Assembly (NCBI GenBank): GCA_016284045.1
Contig: JAEEOB010000071.1
Coordinates: 2,394 to 66,393 of the forward strand
Source of the DNA: Bacteroidaceae bacterium
Lineage (GTDB): Bacteria; Bacteroidota; Bacteroidia; Bacteroidales; Bacteroidaceae
DNA: 64,000 bases
Reading direction: 5' to 3'
The notes below the pieces were generated by a model. The model worked only from the letters and a program-made list of their open reading frames with translations. It did no database searches and was not told the origin of the DNA. The position numbers were made by a program, and so were the translations under genes. Positions 46,160-54,885 of the stretch are shown piece by piece (position 1 is the first letter of the stretch; every line of letters starts with the position of its first letter).

Positions 46160-47488
46160 ATGAATATGATCAGATTATTTTCCGCAATTTTGCTGTTCCA
46201 GCTATTCACGATGCAGACTAGGGCTGCATTTCCCACAGCAACAGAGATAGCACCGGAGATGTATCCAGGTTGGAACCTGGGCAACACGCTGGAGCCGGGT
46301 CCTTGCAGCTGGCTGAGCGACCCGCTGAAGTATGAGACAGCCTGGCAGGGCTCGATGACCACGCAGGAAATCATCGACTACGTGAAGTCAATGGGCTTCC
46401 GCTCGGTGCGCATCCCCTGCTCATGGATGGTACATTGCGACCAGAACTACAACATCGACACGAAGTGGATGGACCGCGTGCAGGAGGTGGTTGACTACTG
46501 CATCAACGACAGCCTGTATGTGATACTGAACGACCATTACGACAACGGCTGGATAGAGCGTTCGTTTGCCGACAAGACGGAGTCGTCGGTGAAGAAAAAC
46601 TGTGCACTCCTTGGTATGATCTGGCGTCAGATAGCCACCCGTTTCCGCAACTACGATTATCATCTGCTGTTCGCCGGACTGAACGAGCCAGATGCAGCAG
46701 GCGACAGCAGCAAAGACAAAGAAGGCGACATAGACGCCCTGACCCGCTATGAGCAGGCGTTTGTGAACGCTGTACGCCAGACCGGCGGCAACAACTCAAA
46801 CCGCGTGCTGGTGGTTCAAGCTCCAACCACAAACATTGATCTTGCTTATAAGTACGACTCGATGCCCGTGGACTCCCGCTCCAACGCTATGATGTATGAA
46901 GTGCATTTCTATTCTCCTTTCAATTTCTCGCTGATGGAGAAGGACGAGTCGTGGGGCACAAGGAGTTTCTACTGGGGCACTGGTAACTTTTTGGACGGTT
47001 CAAGATATAATTCCACCTGGGGTGATGAAACCTACGTGCAGAATCAGTTCAGAATGATGAAATCGAAATACACGTCGAAAGGGATACCTGTAATTTTGGG
47101 AGAGTTTGGTGCGCTTTGGCGGACGATGCCCTCAGGCGAGAGCCAGGAGAAGCACGACGCATCGATTTATGCCTGGTACTACACGGTATGCAGATATGCC
47201 ATCTTTAACGGTCTTGTGCCTTTTGTTTGGGACACGAATGCCTGTCAGCGACCTTCGATGGACATCATCAACCGTAAAACGCTGAAAATATTTAACCAGA
47301 AGGCATACGACGGCATCATGGACGGCTGTGCCTCTGTAAGATGGCCCAACTACACCCCGACCGATATCAGCAGCCCGTTATCTGAAAACAGATGTCCAAA
47401 GGTGATTTACGACTTGTCGGGACGGATTTTGCCAACGATTCCTGAGAAGGGGGTTTTTATCATGAACGGGAAAAAATATTGTAAATAG
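46160..47488 (+). CDS. glycoside hydrolase family 5 (endoglucanase-type)
   Basis: 442 aa. Signal peptide present. Catalytic acid/base context FAGLNEP and nucleophile context ILGEFGA. Short C-terminal tail VIYDLSGRILPTIPEKGVFIMNGKKYCK. Confidence 0.9.
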   Translation: MNMIRLFSAILLFQLFTMQTRAAFPTATEIAPEMYPGWNLGNTLEPGPCSWLSDPLKYETAWQGSMTTQEIIDYVKSMGFRSVRIPCSWMVHCDQNYNIDTKWMDRVQEVVDYCINDSLYVILNDHYDNGWIERSFADKTESSVKKNCALLGMIWRQIATRFRNYDYHLLFAGLNEPDAAGDSSKDKEGDIDALTRYEQAFVNAVRQTGGNNSNRVLVVQAPTTNIDLAYKYDSMPVDSRSNAMMYEVHFYSPFNFSLMEKDESWGTRSFYWGTGNFLDGSRYNSTWGDETYVQNQFRMMKSKYTSKGIPVILGEFGALWRTMPSGESQEKHDASIYAWYYTVCRYAIFNGLVPFVWDTNACQRPSMDIINRKTLKIFNQKAYDGIMDGCASVRWPNYTPTDISSPLSENRCPKVIYDLSGRILPTIPEKGVFIMNGKKYCK

Positions 47489-47570
47489 TTTTCAGTCTTT
47501 AGTGATTTTGATTTGGTGAAGTCGGTTCCTATAGGTGTTACGAATAAAGAGTTTCAGGAGACAGGTGGAT

Positions 47571-47675
47571 TACGGTTTCAGCAGAGACGCCCCACGGGGA
47601 GTCTCTACATGGGGACACAGAAGGTTTGCAAGGATTGGGAACGTTCCGGTGACGGGTGAGGTGCGGTTTCTGTAA
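47571..47675 (-). repeat. GTAG-hairpin repeat family 2 copy
   Basis: tacggtttcagcagagacgccccacggggagtctctacatgg...ggattgggaacgttccggtgacgggtgaggtgcggtttc. Confidence 0.8.
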
Positions 47676-47726
47676 ATCATTTATAAGATTTAAGCGGTTA
47701 TCATTTCAGGTTCACTAAAAAATATG

Positions 47727-47734
47727 TAACTTTG
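47727..47734 (+). promoter_or_regulatory. candidate -7 box TAACTTTG for the GH43 gene
   Basis: ~38 nt upstream of the ATG at 47772. Confidence 0.45.
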
Positions 47735-47771
47735 TAGTTAATTATCAATAATTACAAAAACAATTATCATT

Positions 47772-49430
47772 ATGACAACAAAACGAATGTATGGAAGCCT
47801 GTTTGGTCTGTTTGTCACCATTTTAGGCATCTTAACACTCAACTCATGCACCAAGAACAGCGTAATGAAAGAGACAGCACTCACCACGCCTGGCAACCCC
47901 TATCTGCCGCTTTGGGAACATATCCCCGACGGGGAGCCCTACGTGTTTGAAGATCCCGACAACCCGGGGAAGTACCGTGTTTATATCTATGGCTCGCACG
48001 ACAGCATGGTCAGCGGCTACTGCGGACGAGAGCAGGTGGTGTGGTCGGCATCGGTTGACAGTCTGACCAACTGGCGCTACGACGGCGAGATATTCAGCGT
48101 GAGCAAGAACGCGAAAGGCGAGCAGTTAGACTCCGCCGGACTTGCCGACGTGCTCTATGCCCCTGATGTCACGATGGTGACGGGTGCAGACGGCAAGAAG
48201 ACCTATTACCTCTATCCGAACAACCAAGCCGGGGGCCGCAACGGCATGGTATGCAAGAGCGACCGCCCCGACGGACCGTTCGAGGTGTGCAACTGGAACA
48301 AGGAGAACCCCAACGAGACCGACGGCGTGCTTCGCTTCGACCCAGCCGTCTTTGTCGATGACGACGGGAGAATTTACGGCTACTGGGGCTTTGAGCGCTC
48401 CTACGCGGCTGAGCTCGACCCGGAGACGATGGCAACGGTGAAGCCTGGCACTGAAATCGTGGAAGACATGATTTCGGGCAGAAACCAGCCGGGACGGTTC
48501 AAGTTTTTCGAGGCCTCATCTATCCGTAAAATCAAAGACAAATACGTGTTTATCTACAGCCGTTTCACAGAAGAGGGCGAGTTCGGGCTGCCGACCTCGA
48601 ACTACACGCTGGCTTACGCTTACGGTGACAACCCGCTCGGTCCGTTCACCTACGGCGGCACCATCATTGATGCCAGGGCACGCGACGTGAACGAGCAGGG
48701 CGACACCATCGCCACCGCCACCATCGACGGCAACACGCACGGCAGCATCTGCGAGATAAACGGTCAGTGGTATGTGTTCTATCACCGTCAGACCGGACCG
48801 GATGAATATGCGCGTCAGGCGATGGTCGCACCTATCGAAGTAAAAGTAGAAGAAGGAAAAGGCGGCAAAGTGGAGATTTCCGAAGGTGAATACACGTCGG
48901 AAGGATTCTCGCTGGAAGGACTGAATCCGCTGGAGCGTCACTCAGCCGGCATCGCCTGCTGGTACACCGGTCCGAAGACCGCTGTCCACGAATGGCCGAA
49001 CAACACGTTCTTCGGCTCGTTTGTTGACAGGGCTTACGGCACCGCCGACAACTTCAAGAACCCCTACGACCTGAAGAACAACACAAATCCGGTGGTGAAC
49101 AACACCGACGGCTCCATCGTGGGATACAAATACTTTAACTTCACAGCAACGAAGGGGAAGAAAGGTCTGGCATTGCTGCTCAACCTCACTCCCGAGGGCG
49201 TGGATGGTAAAATCGAAATCATGGCAGACAACCCGTGGACATCACGCGGAGGCAAGCCGCTGGGCAGCATCGAGCTGAAAGCCGACATGGCGCAGCAGCC
49301 GACCGAGCTGAAAGCCGCCCTGCCCGCCCTGGAAAAGATGGAAGGCAAGCACGCCATCTTCTTCAAGTTCACCTCCGACGTGAAAGAGAAGTCGCTCTGC
49401 ACGTTGCATGACTTTGTTTTTAGTTATTAA
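47772..49430 (+). CDS. glycoside hydrolase family 43 lipoprotein
   Basis: 552 aa. Lipobox LTLNSC. GH43-type motifs YAPDVTMV, FDPAVFVDDDGRIYGYWG, FEASSIRKIKDKYVFIYS. Confidence 0.88.
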   Translation: MTTKRMYGSLFGLFVTILGILTLNSCTKNSVMKETALTTPGNPYLPLWEHIPDGEPYVFEDPDNPGKYRVYIYGSHDSMVSGYCGREQVVWSASVDSLTNWRYDGEIFSVSKNAKGEQLDSAGLADVLYAPDVTMVTGADGKKTYYLYPNNQAGGRNGMVCKSDRPDGPFEVCNWNKENPNETDGVLRFDPAVFVDDDGRIYGYWGFERSYAAELDPETMATVKPGTEIVEDMISGRNQPGRFKFFEASSIRKIKDKYVFIYSRFTEEGEFGLPTSNYTLAYAYGDNPLGPFTYGGTIIDARARDVNEQGDTIATATIDGNTHGSICEINGQWYVFYHRQTGPDEYARQAMVAPIEVKVEEGKGGKVEISEGEYTSEGFSLEGLNPLERHSAGIACWYTGPKTAVHEWPNNTFFGSFVDRAYGTADNFKNPYDLKNNTNPVVNNTDGSIVGYKYFNFTATKGKKGLALLLNLTPEGVDGKIEIMADNPWTSRGGKPLGSIELKADMAQQPTELKAALPALEKMEGKHAIFFKFTSDVKEKSLCTLHDFVFSY

Positions 49431-49436
49431 TTTTTT

Positions 49437-49491
49437 TAGATAGATTTTTATAGATATTATAGAAACTATAGGAACTATAAAAATCTATCTA
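49437..49491. repeat. 17-bp perfect inverted repeat TAGATAGATTTTTATAG / CTATAAAAATCTATCTA with a 21-nt spacer
   Basis: Read directly from the sequence. Lies between the GH43 stop and the GH29 start. Confidence 0.9.
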
Positions 49492-49507
49492 TAAAAAGCA
49501 TCCTGAT

Positions 49508-51355
49508 ATGCACAGAAAACACCCACTGACAAGTATCATCCTTTGCGTGGCTTTATGGTCGTTGGCAGCTGGAAGCCTCGCACAAAAGGCTGCAGTCCCT
49601 GCTCCATGCGGCCCCGTACCCACCGAACAGCAATTGCGCTGGCAGGACATGGAGATGTATGCGTTCATCCATTATTCCATGAACACCTACACCGACGAGG
49701 AATGGGGATTCGGAAATGAGGACCTGGCTTTGTTCAACCCGTCTGACCTCGACTGCCGTCAGTGGGTGAAAGTGTGCAAAGAGGCTGGCATGCGCGGTAT
49801 TATCTTCACCGCCAAGCATCATTGCGGCTTCTGTATGTGGCCGTCGAAATACACGGATTATTCGGTGAAGAACACGCCGTGGAAAGACGGAAAAGGCGAT
49901 GTGGTGCGTGAGCTGGCTGATGCCTGCAAGAAAGAAGGGCTGAAATTCGCTGTCTATCTCTCCCCCTGGGACCGCAACCATGCGGAATATGGCCGCCCTG
50001 CCTACGTTACGTATTTCCGCAATCAGCTGCGTGAGCTGCTGACGGACTACGGTGACATCTTCGAGGTGTGGTTCGACGGTGCGAATGGCGGCGACGGCTG
50101 GTATGGCGGTGCGAACGAGACCCGCAAAATCGACGGCAAGACCTACTACCAATGGGCGGAGACTTTCCGTATGATACGTGAGCTGCAGCCAGAGGCTGTC
50201 ATCTGGAACGACGGCGGCGACCGTGGCGACCTGCGTTGGGTGGGCACTGAGGCAGGCAACGTGGGCGAGACGAACTGGAGCCTGCTCAACCACGACGGCG
50301 AGGTGACATGGCCGATGCTGCATTTCGGACTGGAGACCGGCGACTCGTGGGTGCCGGGCGAGACAAACACGAGCATCCGTCCCGGGTGGTTCTACCACGA
50401 TACAGAGAACGAGCACGTGAAAAGCCTGTCGAAACTGATGGACACCTATTACAAGTCGGTGGGCCGCAACTCCACGCTCCTGCTCAATTTCCCTGTTGCT
50501 CCCAACGGCCGCATCCATCCGAACGACAGCCTGCGGGGCATCGCCTTCAACTGGATGATTCATGAGGTGTTTAAAAACGACCTGGCACGCAAAGCCACGT
50601 TCAGCGCAAGCAACGTGCGTGGCAACGACAAGCGGTTCGCCGCCTCCCGTGTGGCAGACGGCAAGCCCGACACCTACTGGGCAACCGACGACAACGTGAC
50701 GAACGCCAGCCTTACCATCGACTTCAAAAAGCCGACGACATTCAACCGTTTTGTGGCGGAGGAATATATCCGGTTAGGACAGCGTGTGAAGAAATTCTCC
50801 CTTGAAGCATTTGTCGGCGGAGAATGGAAACCGTTAAAAGACTGTCTTGTGGAAGGCTCCGACGGACTGACCACGATTGGTCACCGCCGCATCATCTGCT
50901 TTCCTACTGTGACCGCCACCCGCCTGCGGCTGACCATCCTCGACAGCAAAGCCTGTCCGCTTATCTCGAAAATCGGGATCTATCTCGCTCCTGAACTGAC
51001 GTCCGACATCCCGAACTCTGGAGAGAAAAAGTCGTCGGACCTGCATATCTTCTTCGCCAGCCCCAAACAGATGATGATTGACTTTGACCAGGAGCAGACC
51101 ATCACATCGTTCCGTTACCTCCCTCCGCAGGAGAGCCGCGACGGCACCATCACGCACTACACGCTATGGGCATCGTCCGACTGGAACAACTGGAAAAAGC
51201 TGGCGTCGGGCGAGTTCTCGAACATCGTGAACAACCCGATATGGCAGACCATCAAGTTCGAGCCGGTGAAAGCCAGAATCCTCCGTCTCGACGCCGACCG
51301 CCTCGCCTCCGGCGACCGCATGGGATATGGCGATGTTGAGGTGGTGACTGATTAG
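49508..51355 (+). CDS. alpha-L-fucosidase (GH29) with C-terminal F5/8 type C (discoidin) modules
   Basis: 615 aa. Signal peptide present. MYAFIHYSMNTYTDEEWG and HHCGFCMWPSKYTDYS are GH29-like. Discoidin-like ...ADGKPDTYWATDD. Confidence 0.9.
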   Translation: MHRKHPLTSIILCVALWSLAAGSLAQKAAVPAPCGPVPTEQQLRWQDMEMYAFIHYSMNTYTDEEWGFGNEDLALFNPSDLDCRQWVKVCKEAGMRGIIFTAKHHCGFCMWPSKYTDYSVKNTPWKDGKGDVVRELADACKKEGLKFAVYLSPWDRNHAEYGRPAYVTYFRNQLRELLTDYGDIFEVWFDGANGGDGWYGGANETRKIDGKTYYQWAETFRMIRELQPEAVIWNDGGDRGDLRWVGTEAGNVGETNWSLLNHDGEVTWPMLHFGLETGDSWVPGETNTSIRPGWFYHDTENEHVKSLSKLMDTYYKSVGRNSTLLLNFPVAPNGRIHPNDSLRGIAFNWMIHEVFKNDLARKATFSASNVRGNDKRFAASRVADGKPDTYWATDDNVTNASLTIDFKKPTTFNRFVAEEYIRLGQRVKKFSLEAFVGGEWKPLKDCLVEGSDGLTTIGHRRIICFPTVTATRLRLTILDSKACPLISKIGIYLAPELTSDIPNSGEKKSSDLHIFFASPKQMMIDFDQEQTITSFRYLPPQESRDGTITHYTLWASSDWNNWKKLASGEFSNIVNNPIWQTIKFEPVKARILRLDADRLASGDRMGYGDVEVVTD

Positions 51356-51365
51356 TTGATAGTTT

Positions 51366-52397
51366 TTAGTTGTCTTCGAGAACAGGCCAGCCTTTCTTGA
51401 ACTTGATTTTCTTGACTACGAGCTTGGATGCTCCGTTGAGGGCGCGGTCGTAGCCATGGGCGACGAAAATCCATTGTCCGTTGATTTTCGCGGCACCGTT
51501 GTGCCCAGCGCCCACATAACGGTCGTCACGTCCCAGGATGGTGGTTCCCCCACCCTTCATCATGAGTTTGCCTGCTTTGTCCTTGTAGGGACCGGTTATC
51601 TTCTTCGACCGCCCTACGATGGTGTGGTAGGTGCTGCGCATCCCGCGGCAGCATAGTCCTGCTGAAGCAAACAGATAATAATATTTCCCCTCTTTGATGA
51701 TGAACGGCGCCTCGATTTCGTTGTCGCCCGCCTCTACGCCCTCCTCCGGCACTGCGTCGGGGTTGGTGTGGCGTGCGATGGTCTGCGGCTGCCCCACAGG
51801 TGTTTTCATGTCTTTATCCAGTTGGACAAGCTGTATGCCGTCCCAGAAAGAGCCGAAAGTGAGCCAAGGTGTTCCTTTGGAGTCGATGATGAGGTTAGGG
51901 TCGATGCAGTTGTAGTTGTATCCCCTTTTCGACTCAATCACCATGCCAAGATCCTCCCAACGGTAATCGGGAGATTCAGGGTTGAGTGTGCGATTGACCG
52001 CCACCCCGATGGCAGACATGTTCTTACCGAACGTGGAGCAGGAGTAATAGAGATACCACTTGTCGCCCACTTTGCAGATATCGGGTGCCCAGGTGTGGCC
52101 GCGATATCCGTTGATGCGTTCGACCGCCCACTGGGGAGGCTCAGGCAATACGCCTCTCCCTGGCCGCCATGTCCTCAGGTCGGTGGAAGTCATGGTGCCA
52201 ACATTGAATCCAGTACTGAAAATGTAGTATGTACCGTTCTCGTAGGCAATGACCGGATCATGCACATCCGGGTTCTGTGCATCGAAACGGAACTCGCGCC
52301 TGCGCCGAGGCGTCTCATTTTGGTTGTTGTTTTCCTGTGCGTTAGCAGTCAATGAAGTTAAAGCAATCAAAATTGCCAGATAATTCTTAATGTTCAT
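51366..52397 (-). CDS. glycoside hydrolase family 43 (endo-arabinanase-like)
   Basis: The track ORF extends to 52472. The ATG at 52397 (MNIKNYLAILIALTSLTANAQ) gives a signal peptide. VHDPVIAYENGTYYIFSTG and WAPDICKVGDKWYLYYS are GH43 motifs. Confidence 0.9.
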   Translation of the reverse strand: MNIKNYLAILIALTSLTANAQENNNQNETPRRRREFRFDAQNPDVHDPVIAYENGTYYIFSTGFNVGTMTSTDLRTWRPGRGVLPEPPQWAVERINGYRGHTWAPDICKVGDKWYLYYSCSTFGKNMSAIGVAVNRTLNPESPDYRWEDLGMVIESKRGYNYNCIDPNLIIDSKGTPWLTFGSFWDGIQLVQLDKDMKTPVGQPQTIARHTNPDAVPEEGVEAGDNEIEAPFIIKEGKYYYLFASAGLCCRGMRSTYHTIVGRSKKITGPYKDKAGKLMMKGGGTTILGRDDRYVGAGHNGAAKINGQWIFVAHGYDRALNGASKLVVKKIKFKKGWPVLEDN

Positions 52398-52473
52398 TCT
52401 TCTATAATTTTTATTAGTTAGTATTTTAAAAGTTACAAGACGCACCGTAGCGTTCCTCTGCTTGCCAACCAAT

Positions 52474-53175
52474 TCAGAGGTAGAAATCCTCGGTGATCCG
52501 TCTGAATTCGTCGGTGTATAGATGTTTTTCGTTGTATATGGTGATGGATGATACGGTTGACGGTTCGATAATTTTCGAAAATTCCAGCAGAGAGCGTTTC
52601 GGAGGTTTCCCCGCAGTAGTCACAACGTCGCAACGTCTTTTCAGGTACAGTCCGTTGAGAGCCGCCTCACCCACCGCCTCGTTGACATCAGCAAACGGAA
52701 GAATCAACGAGAGCGATCCGTCGGCAACAAGCATATTCGCCGCGTTTCTCATGAGCATGTCCATGGGAAGAGCCTCTGAACGTCTTGCCCTATCCCGCTG
52801 TGAATCGGGGGCATATACCTGGGCTTTGTAGAACGGCGGGTTACTCACAATGGCATCGAACTGATAGCCCTCAAGCACAAAAGGATAGCAGAAATCACTG
52901 TTAAGGATAGTGATTCGTTCGGTCCAGGGACATTCGTCACGATTTTCCCTTGCCTGCTCCACCGCTCCGTCATCCACATCAATTCCCCATATCTTAGCAT
53001 CCGGATTCCGCTGCGCCATCATCAGAGCGATAAGACCAGTGCCTGTGCCTACATCGAGAATCTGCTTTTTCCCTTCCACAGCCGCCCATGCACCAAGCAT
53101 CACACCGTCGGTACCCACTTTCATGGCACAACGGTCCTGACGAATGGTGAATTGCTTGAAACGGAAAGACGGCAT
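52474..53175 (-). CDS. trmN6: tRNA1(Val) (adenine37-N6)-methyltransferase
   Basis: The track ORF extends to 53250 into a repeat. The ATG at 53175 gives MPSFRFKQFTIRQDRCAMKVGTDGVMLGAW, a typical N-terminus. SAM motif DVGTGTGLIAL and NPPFY motif present. Confidence 0.88.
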   Translation of the reverse strand: MPSFRFKQFTIRQDRCAMKVGTDGVMLGAWAAVEGKKQILDVGTGTGLIALMMAQRNPDAKIWGIDVDDGAVEQARENRDECPWTERITILNSDFCYPFVLEGYQFDAIVSNPPFYKAQVYAPDSQRDRARRSEALPMDMLMRNAANMLVADGSLSLILPFADVNEAVGEAALNGLYLKRRCDVVTTAGKPPKRSLLEFSKIIEPSTVSSITIYNEKHLYTDEFRRITEDFYL

Positions 53176-53207
53176 ATTAGTGATTTTGTTTTGGTGTTTG
53201 GGAGGTG

Positions 53208-53343
53208 TACGGTTTCTTTTAGACACCCCACGGGGAGTCTCTACAGGCACTACGGCTATTTCATGCGTGGGCAGGAATTAGGAAGCGTTTTGATGACGGG
53301 TGGTTTACGGTTTTATTTTAGACGCACCACGGCGCGTCTCTAC
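53208..53343 (-). repeat. GTAG-hairpin repeat family 2, two-hairpin copy
   Basis: Hairpins at ~53220-53243 and ~53320-53339, each followed by CTAC on the plus strand. The second CTAC (53340-53343) contains the stop codon of the 53340-53660 gene. Confidence 0.85.
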
Positions 53344-53660
53344 TTTTCCTCGACAGGCCTTTTAGGGGTTCGCTTGGGACTGAGCACCTCTATGGCCTCC
53401 TCGCCTCCGGGATTGTCATCGTTGCCAAACCCAGCGATGATATTGATGATAGCCACGACATCAGAGATATCCACTTTATTGTCTTTGTTTACATCGCCGT
53501 CAAACTTGTTGCTGTTGCTGCCCGAAATGATGTTGATTGTGACAACTACATCAGAAATATTAACATCCTGATCTTCGTTAACATCCCCTTTCTTCTGGGC
53601 AGACACAACAGAACAGGTGAGAAAGGCGACAAGACAAACAAGAATTCTTAACATAATCAT
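53340..53660 (-). CDS. small secreted dockerin-only protein
   Basis: 106 aa. Signal peptide MIMLRILVCLVAFLTCSVVSAQ. Two dockerin repeats GDVNEDQDVNISDVVVTINIISG and GDVNKDNKVDISDVVAIINIIAG. ~30-aa charged tail. Confidence 0.7.
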   Translation of the reverse strand: MIMLRILVCLVAFLTCSVVSAQKKGDVNEDQDVNISDVVVTINIISGSNSNKFDGDVNKDNKVDISDVVAIINIIAGFGNDDNPGGEEAIEVLSPKRTPKRPVEEK

Positions 53661-53826
53661 ATTTTGTTATTTAATTACAGAAATAATATAATTTACTATT
53701 TACGTTTTTTTGACTATTTGGATATTAAATAATCTCACAGGAATTAATTGAATTATTCTAATGACAGCGAATAGTCTATTTACTAAAGACAATGGGATTT
53801 GATATTTGGTTGGGCCAGATTAAGAC

Positions 53827-54723
53827 TTATAATTTCAGTATGTGCTCTCGGCACTGCTCCATCAGCCATTTGGGGGTGGAGGTGGCTCCACAGATACCTA
53901 CTGACTGCACGTTGTGGAACCAGTGGGTCTGTATTTCATCGGGATGCCCGATGAGGTAAGAATTGGGATTCACATTGAGGCACTGCGAAAAAAGCACCTT
54001 GCCGTTGCTGCTCTTCTTCCCCGCCACAAAGATGATGACATCGTGCTTTTCCGCAAAACTGCTGATGTCGCAGAAACGGTTAGCCACCTGGCGGCAAACG
54101 GTGTCGAAGAACTTGAACGTGAGTCCCTGCTGATTCATCAGCACATTCTTGCCCGTCTGCAGGGTGGCGTTCATCCTGCGTGAGATGATATTCACAATCT
54201 GCCGGAACCCCTCAAGCGACATGGTGGTCTGGGAATAGAGCGATATATTTTTCGAGACATCCAGTTTTTCGGCATCGTCCGCTTTCTCCACGACAATGGC
54301 GCTTCCCTCGGTCTGTCCCACCAACCCAACCACCTCAGCATGTCCGTTCTTCCCGTAAATCACGATTTGCGTGTCGCTGCCTCTGCTTTCCGTATATTCC
54401 TTCTTGATTCGCCGCTGTAGGCTGAGCACCACGGGGCATGTGGCATCGATGACGGTGAGGTTGTTGAGTGCTGCCTGCTGATAGGTGGTAGGTGGTTCTC
54501 CATGCGCGCGGAAAAGTATTTTCACGTTGTTAAGCTGCTCCATCTGGGGATGCTCTATCGTGACAAGCCCCATGGTCCGCAGCCGCTCACATTCCTTTCC
54601 GTTATGCACGATGTCACCGAGACAATAGAGGCTGCCCTCTGTTGCCAGTTCCTCTTCCGCCTTACGGATGGCAGTGGTCACTCCGAAACAGAAGCCAGAA
54701 CCTTCATCGATTTCTACCAGCAT
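53827..54723 (-). CDS. ispH: 4-hydroxy-3-methylbut-2-enyl diphosphate reductase
   Basis: 298 aa. GFCFGVTTAIRKAEE N-terminus and conserved Cys positions are typical of IspH. Confidence 0.95.
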   Translation of the reverse strand: MLVEIDEGSGFCFGVTTAIRKAEEELATEGSLYCLGDIVHNGKECERLRTMGLVTIEHPQMEQLNNVKILFRAHGEPPTTYQQAALNNLTVIDATCPVVLSLQRRIKKEYTESRGSDTQIVIYGKNGHAEVVGLVGQTEGSAIVVEKADDAEKLDVSKNISLYSQTTMSLEGFRQIVNIISRRMNATLQTGKNVLMNQQGLTFKFFDTVCRQVANRFCDISSFAEKHDVIIFVAGKKSSNGKVLFSQCLNVNPNSYLIGHPDEIQTHWFHNVQSVGICGATSTPKWLMEQCREHILKL

Positions 54724-54762
54724 ATTTTTAGTTTTTTAGTGATTTTGTCCAGGAGAACCAGC

Positions 54763-54807
54763 CATCCTAGTTAGCCTAGTCATCCTAGTCAGCCTAGTCG
54801 TCCTAGT
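54763..54807. repeat. tandem 9-bp word NNTCCTAGT / AGCCTAGT x5
   Basis: catcctagt tagcctagt catcctagt cagcctagt cgtcctagt in the cmk-ispH spacer. Confidence 0.9.
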
Positions 54808-54828
54808 TAAAACCACTCTCAACACTCC

Positions 54829-54869
54829 GAAAAGCAGCAATGCCAGAGCCATATTGAATAGCTCTGGCA
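54829..54869 (-). terminator. terminator-like hairpin after cmk
   Basis: TGCCAGAGC-N11-GCTCTGGCA with a 9-bp stem. The minus strand is followed by TTGCTGCTTTTC. Confidence 0.5.
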
Positions 54870-54885
54870 CTGCGATATCAGGATT

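Noticed and set aside
49553-50563. 336-aa minus-strand ORF
   Set aside because: It is antisense within the GH29 fucosidase gene. There is no motif, no promoter box and no independent support.
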